Source: Ruegeria phage vB_RpoS-V10
Sequence record: MH015255.1
Strand: one strand, 5' to 3'
DNA length: 24,000 nucleotides
The position numbers and the translations under genes are program-made. The notes under the pieces are model-generated. The model did no database searches. It was not told the DNA's origin and was given only the letters and a program-made list of their open reading frames with translations. Shown piece after piece: positions 14,279-20,828 of this stretch. How positions within the stretch are numbered: the stretch's first letter is position 1; every line of letters starts with the position of its first letter.

Positions 14279-14353
14279 ATCGGTCTCCCGTGGAAGGCAT
14301 GGGCCTCAGAAATGAGTGGCTAAGTTCAGGTTCGACTCCTGACGCCGATACCA
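14279..14353 (+). tRNA. Aberrant tRNA-like element with a GAAA-capped central hairpin instead of a 7-nt anticodon loop
   Basis: ATCGGT/GCCGAT acceptor, TCAGG-TTCGACT-CCTGA T-arm, ACCA end; CTCA-GAAA-TGAG in the anticodon position. Confidence 0.5.
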
Positions 14354-14359
14354 ATTTAC

Positions 14360-14435
14360 GGGCTGTTAGCTCATCTGGGAGAGCGCCTGCCTTGCAAGCA
14401 GGAGGTGGCGAGTTCGAGACTCGCACGGTCCACCA
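14360..14435 (+). tRNA. tRNA-Ala(TGC)
   Basis: GGGCTGT/ACGGTCC (G3-U70), loop CTTGCAA, CCA. Confidence 0.92.
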
Positions 14436-14444
14436 AATTACCAT

Positions 14445-14518
14445 GGGGCACGTACATGGGTGTCGGGCGATCCTTGCAAGATTGCTGTCTCGGGGTTCGA
14501 TTCCCCGGTGCTCCACCA
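14445..14518 (+). tRNA. tRNA-Ala(TGC), second copy with unusual D-arm
   Basis: GGGGCAC/GTGCTCC (G3-U70), CGATC-CTTGCAA-GATTG, CGGGG-TTCGATT-CCCCG, CCA; D-arm ACA-TGGG-TGT. Confidence 0.78.
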
Positions 14519-14536
14519 AACATGTAGGAGAGTGCT

Positions 14537-14662
14537 ATGACGACCTTCATCCTCGGTGCCATCGCTGGCACCTTCATCCCAATGCCGTATCAGAGTGCCA
14601 TCCGCGACTTCGTTGTCGATGTATGGGACCGGGCAAAGGAGCTTGTAAAGCGCCCTGAGTGA
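14537..14662 (+). CDS. Small hypothetical protein, 41 aa
   Basis: AGGAG RBS; MTTFILGAIAGTFIPMPYQSAIRDFVVDVWDRAKELVKRPE*. Confidence 0.55.
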   Translation: MTTFILGAIAGTFIPMPYQSAIRDFVVDVWDRAKELVKRPE

Positions 14663-14781
14663 GCCTATGCTTCTCGGATTCGCGGACGAGGTATCCTTGT
14701 TTGCGTTTCGGTGGCGTTTTCGCAAGGGGTGTGCGCCTGAAGAACCCCTTGCACTTTCTTTGACCCGTAATGACATTTTCG

Positions 14782-14810
14782 TTGACACGCTTTTTGTTAT
14801 CTGCTAGATA
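14782..14810 (+). promoter_or_regulatory. Promoter TTGACA-N17-TAGATA
   Basis: Near-perfect sigma70 boxes with the upstream TTGACCCGTAATGACA block. Confidence 0.65.
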
Positions 14811-14812
14811 AC

Positions 14813-15184
14813 ATGACAACGAGACAGGAATACGGACACTTGGAAGACAACTTTCACCAGACCCCGTTCTGCCCGACTTGTGGACGACAGAACCCGATCA
14901 GCCACTCACCTGAATGGCTTTTGACGAGGTTCAGCGGAATCTTTGCGAACATCCTCGCACTGCTTCTGGAATGTCGCCGCGAACGTCGTGCAGCATCAAA
15001 GCGGGAACTCTGTTTTGCTGCCTACCCGGACACTCCGGGTGGACCGCCCATCACGGCTCCTAACGTCGTGCAGGCAACAGTTACGCGGGAACGCGCCAAG
15101 CTCCAGAAGATGGGGTGGGACGTTGTCGGACCAATGGTGACCGGAACAGGTTACCAGCTCGTCGCACTGGAACAGCCACACTGA
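14813..15184 (+). CDS. Putative winged-helix DNA-binding protein, 123 aa (start uncertain)
   Basis: C-terminal VVQATVTRERAKLQKMGWDVVGPMVTGTGYQLVAL resembles an OmpR-type wHTH C-terminus; the annotated ATG lies only 3 nt past the -10. Confidence 0.55.
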   Translation: MTTRQEYGHLEDNFHQTPFCPTCGRQNPISHSPEWLLTRFSGIFANILALLLECRRERRAASKRELCFAAYPDTPGGPPITAPNVVQATVTRERAKLQKMGWDVVGPMVTGTGYQLVALEQPH

Positions 15185-15262
15185 ATTGTGGACTGCTCGT
15201 CGCGAAGGGCAGAACACATACCGCGGAGAGCTGACAGGGTTAGCTCTTCGCATCACGCGCCG

Positions 15263-15344
15263 GTGCTCCGAGTGGACGATGGGGTCGGACTCTTAATCCG
15301 AATGCGAAAGCACACCGTGGGTTCGAATCCCACCCGGCACACCA
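15263..15344 (+). tRNA. tRNA with anticodon CTT (Lys) but an extended variable arm
   Basis: TCGGA-CTCTTAA-TCCGA, variable hairpin TGCGAAAGCA, GTGGG-TTCGAAT-CCCAC, ACCA; weak acceptor. Confidence 0.65.
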
Positions 15345-15349
15345 AGTTT

Positions 15350-15427
15350 TGGCATGTAGTCTTCCGGGTGAAGGCGCTCGGCTGTTAACCGAGATTGAGG
15401 CTGGTTCGAGTCCAGCCGTGCCAGCCA
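15350..15427 (+). tRNA. tRNA-Asn(GTT)
   Basis: TGGCATG/CGTGCCA, CTCGG-CTGTTAA-CCGAG, G + CCA. Confidence 0.9.
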
Positions 15428-15430
15428 ATT

Positions 15431-15504
15431 GACGATAGAGCCGGGTGGTTAGGCCGGGGATTGCAAATCCTCTTAGGTGAGTTCGATTCTCACTGTCGTC
15501 TCCA
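15431..15504 (+). tRNA. tRNA-Cys(GCA)
   Basis: GACGATA/TGTCGTC, loop TTGCAAA, TCCA. Confidence 0.9.
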
Positions 15505-15509
15505 AGTTT

Positions 15510-15585
15510 GCTGACTAAGTGTTGATGGATACACGTCTGGTTGTGGACCAGAAATAGCGAGGTTCGATACCTGCAGTCAGTTCCA
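15510..15585 (+). tRNA. tRNA-His(GTG)
   Basis: GCTGACT/AGTCAGT, loop TTGTGGA, TTCGATA T-loop, CCA. Confidence 0.85.
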
Positions 15586-15589
15586 GTTT

Positions 15590-15663
15590 GGCCTATTTGC
15601 CGTCAGGGAAGGCTACCCGCTGTCTACGGGTAAAGACGGGTTCGAGTCCCGTATAGGTCGCCA
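15590..15663 (+). tRNA. tRNA-Asp(GTC)
   Basis: GGCCTAT/ATAGGTC, ACCCG-CTGTCTA-CGGGT, GCCA. Confidence 0.9.
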
Positions 15664-15680
15664 ATTCAGGAGGACGGCTC

Positions 15681-16040
15681 ATGATCGTTTTGATCACGGG
15701 CGGTCGCGAGTACAAGAACCAGCGCGAGCTTTTCTCTGTCCTCGACCGCCTGCACGCGGAACGTAAGTTCACGTTCCTTGTACACGGCGATGCTAGGGGT
15801 GCTGACCAGATGGCACACCGTTGGGCGAAGAAGCGAGGTGTTCCACCTGTGGCTATGGAAGCCCTTTGGGACACCGAGGGAGACGACGCGGGGACAAAGC
15901 GTAATGCAAGGATGCTGGCCTTCACAAAGCCGGACCTCGTAGTTGCGTTCTCCGGGGGGCGGGGCACATCAAATATGATGAGGATCGCCTTTGCAGCCGG
16001 TGTCGAGCTTATCGACGTAGAAGATTACGCCAAGGAGTGA
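15681..16040 (+). CDS. SLOG-superfamily DUF2493 (YspA-like) protein, 119 aa
   Basis: MIVLITGGREYKN...FLVHGDARGADQMAHRWAKKRGV...VVAFSGGRGTSNMM. Confidence 0.85.
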   Translation: MIVLITGGREYKNQRELFSVLDRLHAERKFTFLVHGDARGADQMAHRWAKKRGVPPVAMEALWDTEGDDAGTKRNARMLAFTKPDLVVAFSGGRGTSNMMRIAFAAGVELIDVEDYAKE

Positions 16041-16042
16041 CC

Positions 16043-16468
16043 ATGCGTTCGGCATTTGTTTCTATCAGCCTCGCTATCGGAATTCTTATCGGTATCGTGC
16101 TCAACTTTCCATTCGAGCGGGTGTTCTTCCCGACCGAGCCATACAAGAACGTGACGATCAACGAACAGGTCGTCGAGGGGAATGAGTTCCACCTCGTGGC
16201 AACTTTCGAGAAGACCGCCTGTACGTTCCAGTACATGGAATTCTATGGGGAGCTGTTCGGTCGGTGGGAACGTCTCACGTATCGGGACAGCGAAGAGCCT
16301 CGCGGCGACCGCATCATTGGGTGGCATACATTCAATGTATACGCGGACATGGGCGGGGTGGATTATACGACTATCGAGCTTCGGACGCGCCACAAGTGTG
16401 TCGAGATTGTCGATGGCAAGGAAGTGACAGAGATGGTTGATAAGGTTTTCTTCCGCTCTGAAATCTGA
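16043..16468 (+). CDS. Putative membrane-anchored/exported hypothetical protein, 141 aa
   Basis: N-terminal hydrophobic segment MRSAFVSISLAIGILIGIVLNFPF. Confidence 0.7.
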   Translation: MRSAFVSISLAIGILIGIVLNFPFERVFFPTEPYKNVTINEQVVEGNEFHLVATFEKTACTFQYMEFYGELFGRWERLTYRDSEEPRGDRIIGWHTFNVYADMGGVDYTTIELRTRHKCVEIVDGKEVTEMVDKVFFRSEI

Positions 16469-16472
16469 GTTA

Positions 16473-16545
16473 GCTTGGGCCAGCGGAACTGGCGGCGGGT
16501 CTACGAAGCCTGCATGAGGGAGTTCGACTCTCCCCCCGAGCGCCA
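16473..16545 (+). tRNA. tRNA-Arg(ACG)
   Basis: GCTTGGG/CCCGAGC, CGGGT-CTACGAA-GCCTG, GCCA. Confidence 0.87.
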
Positions 16546-16734
16546 ATGTGTGGCACGGCAATGATCACTGCCCTAAGGCTGAGAATAACCACCTCAGCCG
16601 CTGATAGGCAAATCACCGTGGGCCTACGGTCCTGACTATGGTGGTCGGGGGCGTCCCGAGAAAGGTCTTTGAGCATCCAATAGGTGTTCATTAGGGGAGA
16701 AGGAGGCCGGAATGGCGTTCCCTATCCCTGACAT

Positions 16735-16808
16735 GCGGATGTAGCCAAGTGGTAAGGCAGCAGGCTTCCACCCTGCCATCGTGGGTTCGATCCCCATCAT
16801 CCGCTCCA
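16735..16808 (+). tRNA. tRNA-Gly(TCC)
   Basis: GCGGATG/CATCCGC, GCAGG-CTTCCAC-CCTGC, TCCA. Confidence 0.9.
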
Positions 16809-16850
16809 AATTATCGGCCCGAGGGGGCCAGCGTAGCAAACCCCTCATAT

Positions 16851-16924
16851 TGCCCCATCGTCTAGCGGTAGGACGCCTGTCTCTGAAACAGGAAAGCGCG
16901 GTTCGAATCCTCGTGGGGCATCCA
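16851..16924 (+). tRNA. tRNA-Gln(CTG)
   Basis: TGCCCCA/TGGGGCA, CCTGT-CTCTGAA-ACAGG, TCCA. Confidence 0.9.
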
Positions 16925-17014
16925 AATACTGCTTCCAAGCGTTCCCGATGGTAGAGCGCTCCCGATGCACAACGCGGCCTGTCGGCCCCGCGATATAGGC
17001 CGACACGAAGAATT

Positions 17015-17089
17015 GCAGGTATAGCTCAGCGGAAGAGCATCTGGTTGCCAATCAGAAGGCCGTGGGTTCGACCCCCACTACCTGCTCCA
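17015..17089 (+). tRNA. tRNA-Gly(GCC)
   Basis: GCAGGTA/TACCTGC, loop TTGCCAA, TCCA. Confidence 0.92.
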
Positions 17090-17189
17090 AAGGAACCGTC
17101 CCTGAATAGCCAAGGCACACTTGGCAAAAGGGTGAGGCGGTGGGTGGCTCCCTAAAGAAGCTCGCGTGCCCTTCGGTTAGGGCGCATAT

Positions 17190-17264
17190 GGTCCTGTGGC
17201 GTAAATGGAAACGTACCTGCCTGATTAGCGGGGGTTAGAGGTTCGATCCCTCTCGGGACTACCA
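17190..17264 (+). tRNA. tRNA-Ile(GAT)
   Basis: GGTCCTG/CGGGACT, CCTGC-CTGATTA-GCGGG, ACCA. Confidence 0.88.
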
Positions 17265-17271
17265 TATTCTT

Positions 17272-17356
17272 GCGGATGTGGCGAAATGGTAGACGCGCTG
17301 TCTTCAGAAGGCAGTGTCCTAGTGGCGTGAGGGTTCAAATCCCTCCATCCGCACCA
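17272..17356 (+). tRNA. tRNA-Leu(CAG)
   Basis: GCGGATG/CATCCGC, CTGTC-TTCAGAA-GGCAG, long variable arm, ACCA. Confidence 0.9.
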
Positions 17357-17426
17357 AGTAAGGGTTGCCCACATTGTGTGGGTGTAATCAGAGAATGAAG
17401 AAACTCTCTCTGCTCCCGATTTACAT

Positions 17427-17502
17427 GTGTCTGTAGTGAGGCTGGTGCTCACGCTGGTTTGAAAAGCCAGAGACGGAGGCTCGATCCCTCCCGGACACAC
17501 CA
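17427..17502 (+). tRNA. tRNA-Phe(GAA)
   Basis: GTGTCTG/CGGACAC, CTGGT-TTGAAAA-GCCAG, ACCA. Confidence 0.88.
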
Positions 17503-17507
17503 AGAAT

Positions 17508-17591
17508 GCCCATGTGGTGAAAAGGTAGACACGCAGTCTTGAGAGGGCTGTGCCGCAAGGTGTGCTGGTTCAAATCCAGTCATGGGCACCA
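17508..17591 (+). tRNA. tRNA-Leu(GAG)
   Basis: GCCCATG/CATGGGC, loop TTGAGAG, long variable arm, ACCA. Confidence 0.88.
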
Positions 17592-17599
17592 GATTAAAT

Positions 17600-17675
17600 G
17601 CCGTCATAGCTCAGTTGGAAGAGCGCTCGCCTTGTAAGCGAGATGTCGCGGGTTCGATTCCTGCTGGCGGCACCA
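17600..17675 (+). tRNA. tRNA-Thr(TGT)
   Basis: GCCGTCA/TGGCGGC, CTCGC-CTTGTAA-GCGAG, ACCA. Confidence 0.9.
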
Positions 17676-17683
17676 GACAATGT

Positions 17684-17759
17684 GCGGGAATGGGCAAATG
17701 GTAAAGTCGCCCCCTTCAAACGGGGGAGCCTGAGGGTTCGAGTCCCTCTTCCCGTACCA
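17684..17759 (+). tRNA. tRNA with anticodon CAA but a short class I variable loop
   Basis: GCGGGAA/TTCCCGT, CCCCC-TTCAAAC-GGGGG, variable AGCCT, GAGGG-TTCGAGT-CCCTC, ACCA. Confidence 0.82.
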
Positions 17760-17817
17760 ATCAACAAACCGAAACCGCTTAGAGGCTGTTGCCGCGGGCG
17801 TCCGAAAGGGCAGATGG

Positions 17818-17841
17818 GCGTCACACGTTTACCTGTGACGC
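17818..17841. repeat. Perfect 8-bp hairpin GCGTCACA-N8-TGTGACGC
   Basis: Direct reading; possible processing signal or attenuator between tRNAs. Confidence 0.7.
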
Positions 17842-17853
17842 TGATTAGGTTTT

Positions 17854-17940
17854 GGGCAGTGAACTCGGCAGGGCCGGGGACCGCTTCGAAAGCGGATCGG
17901 GCGCACCGCGTCTGGGGATCGAGACCTCCACTGCCCGCCA
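17854..17940 (+). tRNA. tRNA-Ser(CGA)
   Basis: GGGCAGT/ACTGCCC, CCGC-TTCGAAA-GCGG, long variable arm, GCCA. Confidence 0.9.
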
Positions 17941-17944
17941 ATAT

Positions 17945-18032
17945 GGATGTGTGAACTCGGCAGGGCCGGGGACCGCCTTGAAAGCGGATCGGGCGCGTCG
18001 CGTCTGGGGATCGAGACCCCCGCCATCCTCCA
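17945..18032 (+). tRNA. tRNA-Ser(TGA)
   Basis: Paralogue of the previous tRNA; CCGC-CTTGAAA-GCGG, long variable arm, TCCA. Confidence 0.87.
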
Positions 18033-18036
18033 AAAT

Positions 18037-18111
18037 GCACCGGTAGCTCAGAGGCAGAGCGGCAGGCCCTTAACCTGCGCGACGGGATTTCGAAATTCCC
18101 CCGGTACACCA
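18037..18111 (+). tRNA. tRNA-Lys(CTT) with C33
   Basis: GCAGG-CCCTTAA-CCTGC, CCA; position 33 is C rather than the near-universal U. Confidence 0.78.
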
Positions 18112-18115
18112 AATT

Positions 18116-18188
18116 GCTTGCGCCAGCGGAACTGGCGGACGGCCTCCGAAGCTGTCCTGCGGGTGTTCGACTCACCTCGCGAGCGCCA
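18116..18188 (+). tRNA. tRNA-Arg(CCG)
   Basis: GCTTGCG/CGCGAGC, ACGGC-CTCCGAA-GCTGT, GCCA. Confidence 0.88.
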
Positions 18189-18192
18189 TTAT

Positions 18193-18267
18193 GCTGCCAT
18201 AGCTCAGTAGGTAGAGCATGCCCTTGGTACGGGTAAGACACAGGTTCGAGACCTGTTGGCAGCACCA
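18193..18267 (+). tRNA. tRNA-Thr(GGT)
   Basis: GCTGCCA/TGGCAGC, loop TTGGTAC, ACCA. Confidence 0.9.
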
Positions 18268-18274
18268 AAACACG

Positions 18275-18342
18275 CTTGAAGCGCTAAAAGCGCTCGCATG
18301 TTCCGTAATTGTTCTTGACTCGCGCAAGCGAATCTGTCAAAA
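18275..18342 (+). promoter_or_regulatory. Distal copy of the early-gene leader motif (CTTGAAGCG...CAAGCGAATCTGTCAAAAG)
   Basis: Same CTTGAAGCG and AAGCGAATCTGTCAAAA blocks as the 0-4.6 kb copies, with TTGACT embedded. Confidence 0.6.
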
Positions 18343-18361
18343 GCACCCCACGAACAACATT

Positions 18362-18448
18362 GGAAGATGAACTCAGCAGGGCTGGGGACCGGTTGCTAAC
18401 CGGATCGGACGCACCGCGTCTGGGGATCGAGACCTCCTTCTTCCTCCA
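18362..18448 (+). tRNA. tRNA-Ser(GCT)
   Basis: GGAAGA/TCTTCC, CCGG-TTGCTAA-CCGG, long variable arm identical in part to the other Ser tRNAs, TCCA. Confidence 0.88.
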
Positions 18449-18464
18449 ATTCAAGGAGACGTGC

Positions 18465-18797
18465 ATGGGAAATATCGATGAACTGCGGGATTTGTACGCC
18501 GCTAAGAAGGAGCAAGGCCTCGTCGACGTAAAATTCGCGCTAAGCGATTCCGCACGTGGAGCATCTGCAGACGAGATCGCTGGCGAGGTATTGGCTTTGA
18601 ACGCAGCCATTGCGGCAGGGGCATACAAGAAGCTCGACTTTGGGGATTCTCATCTCGTCAAGGCGCTGGAAGCAAGGCACCCAGAACACAAGGTACTCAG
18701 CGTATGCTTCGCCGCCGAGCAGGACGAAAAGCTCGCCGAAGCTGTGAGGAACGCTGTTGAAGTATCAGTGGACTTCTTTGACTCCACCTCGGGGTAG
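18465..18797 (+). CDS. Hypothetical protein, 110 aa
   Basis: AAGGAG RBS; MGNIDELRDLYAAKKEQGLVDVKFALSDSARG... The longer ORF-track start would read through the Ser tRNA. Confidence 0.75.
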   Translation: MGNIDELRDLYAAKKEQGLVDVKFALSDSARGASADEIAGEVLALNAAIAAGAYKKLDFGDSHLVKALEARHPEHKVLSVCFAAEQDEKLAEAVRNAVEVSVDFFDSTSG

Positions 18798-18807
18798 GGG
18801 GAAATCA

Positions 18808-19359
18808 ATGAACTTCATGGAATGCGCAACCTGCGCTGCCAAGCCGGGATCACCTATCCTGTGTGATAGCTGCCTACACAATCGCCGTGTGATCGGCGAA
18901 CTAACACGCGCACCCGACGTGCGCCCGACATTGATTGGAGACCCGATGACCCAACCGACCCTTTACATCCTTATGCGACGCGACATGGCTTCCATGAATG
19001 CGGGCAAGGCGATGGCACAGGCCGCTCACGCGGCGAACCAGTTTACCTACAAGCTCGAAGACCATGGGTCTGTGGCTGACTGGTTTGGTGAAGCCTATAC
19101 CGGCGAAGATCGCCGCGAACCTGCAGGGTTCGGAACCACACTGACTTTGGGTGTATGGTCCGAACGCGAGCTTCGCGAAATCGTAGACGCAGCACGCGAA
19201 GACGGCTTCGAAGCCGACATCGTGCTCGACAACACCTATCCCGTCAAGGACGGGAAGGTCACCCACCTCATCCCTGTCATCACGTGTGGATACGTCTTCA
19301 CGAAGTGCCGCAAGGACCACCCGATCTCCGCCCTTGCCGGGTTGGAGCTTCACCCGTAG
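18808..19359 (+). CDS. pth2: Peptidyl-tRNA hydrolase, Pth2 family, with a Cys-rich N-terminal extension
   Basis: TLYILMRRDMASMNAGKAMAQAAHAANQF...VLDNTYPVKDGKVTHLIPVITCGYVFT...HPISALAGLELHP; N-terminus contains CATCAAKPGSPILCDSC. Confidence 0.8.
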   Translation: MNFMECATCAAKPGSPILCDSCLHNRRVIGELTRAPDVRPTLIGDPMTQPTLYILMRRDMASMNAGKAMAQAAHAANQFTYKLEDHGSVADWFGEAYTGEDRREPAGFGTTLTLGVWSERELREIVDAAREDGFEADIVLDNTYPVKDGKVTHLIPVITCGYVFTKCRKDHPISALAGLELHP

Positions 19360-19377
19360 CAGAAGGAGAAAAACACG

Positions 19378-19875
19378 ATGTTGCGCACCGCTGTATTAGA
19401 GGAAGTTAGGGCTTACCTCGGAACTGTCTCCGAGGAATCCCGTGTCTACATTGGCTGCGACAGCAGCCGCCACAAGGACCGTGATGGTAATTGGATGGCG
19501 AACTACACGACCGCTATCGTGGTGCACAACATCGATGAAAACGGTCTCGGGCATGGGTGCCGCGTATTCTGTGACACCCATAAGCTGCAGGATTACGACC
19601 AGAGGCACGACCGCCCTGCCATGCGGATGATGCAGGAAGCCTACCACGCCGTGGAAGCTTACCAGCAGCTCGAAGACGAATTGATCATGCGCGAGGTTGA
19701 AGTCCACCTCGACGTCAACGCCGACCCGAAGCACGGGTCCAACTGCGCAATGTCGATGACCATGGGCTATGTCCGCGGCGTCACCGGGCGCGACGTTATG
19801 ATCAAGCCGGACGCATTCGCTGCGTCTTACGCTGCAGACCACGCCGTACGCGGAAAGTTTCGTGTCTTGCAGTGA
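19378..19875 (+). CDS. YkuK/DUF458-like RNase H-fold protein, 165 aa
   Basis: VYIGCDSSRHKDRDGNWMANYTTAIVVHN...VEVHLDVNADPKHGSNCAMSMTMGYVRGVTG. Confidence 0.75.
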   Translation: MLRTAVLEEVRAYLGTVSEESRVYIGCDSSRHKDRDGNWMANYTTAIVVHNIDENGLGHGCRVFCDTHKLQDYDQRHDRPAMRMMQEAYHAVEAYQQLEDELIMREVEVHLDVNADPKHGSNCAMSMTMGYVRGVTGRDVMIKPDAFAASYAADHAVRGKFRVLQ

Positions 19876-19887
19876 CAGCTAAAGTGA

Positions 19888-19906
19888 CAGGCGGTTAGAC
19901 CGCCTG
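19888..19906 (+). terminator. Hairpin CAGGCGGT-TAG-ACCGCCTG
   Basis: 8-bp perfect stem shortly after the stop codon; no U-tract. Confidence 0.5.
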
Positions 19907-19993
19907 ACACAGAGGGGATGGGCCAAGCGGGGTAGTAGCGGGCCGGTGGACCAAACCAGAAGTGAAGAATCGAGCAACTCTTCCCCTCTATAT

Positions 19994-20080
19994 GGACGGT
20001 GATCCTGACTGGTGTCAGGGGCTGCTTGGAAAGCAGTACGCACTGAAAAGTGTGGGGTTCAATTCCTCCGCCGTCCGCCA
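19994..20080 (+). tRNA. tRNA-Ser(GGA)
   Basis: GGACGGT/GCCGTCC, CTGC-TTGGAAA-GCAG, long variable arm, GCCA. Confidence 0.88.
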
Positions 20081-20186
20081 CACCTATGCGCCAAGCACAA
20101 TGCTGCAATGCAGCGAGAAAGCTTGGTTCTTCGGCACATGTCAGTTATACTTGCACCATCAGAAAAGATGACACAAGGAAACTGAA

Positions 20187-20333
20187 ATGACCATCCTCAA
20201 GCGCATGATGCGCTCGCTCACCATCGGGCGCACCTGTAGCGCACTCAACGCGCTCTCGGACCGCCAGCTCGCCGACATCGGCATCAATCGTGCAGGCATC
20301 TACAAGCACGTCGCTTCAATCTACGAGGTCTGA
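20187..20333 (+). CDS. DUF1127-like miniprotein A, 48 aa
   Basis: MTILKRMMRSLTIGRTCSALNALSDRQLADIGINRAGIYKHVASIYEV*; L(S/D)...LxDIGI(N/T)xxxI pattern. Not in the supplied ORF track. Confidence 0.7.
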   Translation: MTILKRMMRSLTIGRTCSALNALSDRQLADIGINRAGIYKHVASIYEV

Positions 20334-20334
20334 C

Positions 20335-20484
20335 ATGCTCACATCATTCCGCCGTTGGCGCGCATACGTCGCAGCCCGCAACGAACTGCAGGCCCTCGAT
20401 ACCGCAGCCCTTCGGGACATCGGCATCACCCCCGGTGACATCCATTTTCTGGCAGTCGCTGAGGCCAACCGCCAGTATCCATAA
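20335..20484 (+). CDS. DUF1127-like miniprotein B, 49 aa
   Basis: MLTSFRRWRAYVAARNELQALDTAALRDIGITPGDIHFLAVAEANRQYP*; same pattern, directly after A. Confidence 0.75.
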   Translation: MLTSFRRWRAYVAARNELQALDTAALRDIGITPGDIHFLAVAEANRQYP

Positions 20485-20485
20485 T

Positions 20486-20561
20486 CTGCTCGTAGCTCAG
20501 TGGACAGAGCGTGGGGCTTCTACCCCCAGCGGCGAGGGTTCGAATCCTTCCGGGCAGGCCA
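20486..20561 (+). tRNA. tRNA-Arg(TCT)
   Basis: CTGCTCG/CGGGCAG, TGGGG-CTTCTAC-CCCCA, GCCA. Confidence 0.9.
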
Positions 20562-20673
20562 TTTGTCTTCAACGCCAAGATCGACATTAACCAGCAAGGT
20601 TCTTATCGGAATTGGCTTCAACACCAATATGATCCAAGGATCATAGCCAACGAATATGATGCAGGCATCATAT

Positions 20674-20749
20674 GCTGATGTAGCTCAGTAGGCAGAGCGC
20701 TCGCCTCGTAAGCGAGAGGTCGTCGGTTCGAAACCGACCGTCAGCACCA
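20674..20749 (+). tRNA. tRNA-Thr(CGT)
   Basis: GCTGATG/CGTCAGC, CTCGC-CTCGTAA-GCGAG, ACCA. Confidence 0.92.
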
Positions 20750-20753
20750 GTTT

Positions 20754-20828
20754 CAGGATGTAGCTCAGGGGTAGAGTGCTTGGTCGGGAACCAAGAGGCC
20801 GCGGGTTCAATCCCCGCCATCCTGACCA
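20754..20828 (+). tRNA. tRNA-Pro(GGG)
   Basis: CAGGATG/CATCCTG, CTTGG-TCGGGAA-CCAAG, ACCA. Confidence 0.92.

Noticed and set aside
17594-18268. 224-aa minus-strand ORF in the ORF track (MVLPTGLEPVSYPYQGHALPTELWQ...)
   Set aside because: It is the antisense of tRNAs; GLEP/RTPAGQLRR-type strings are the classic mistranslation of tRNA T-arm and anticodon arms. The same applies to 7069..7314, 7637..7936, 14193..14519, 16636..16938 and 17225..17503.
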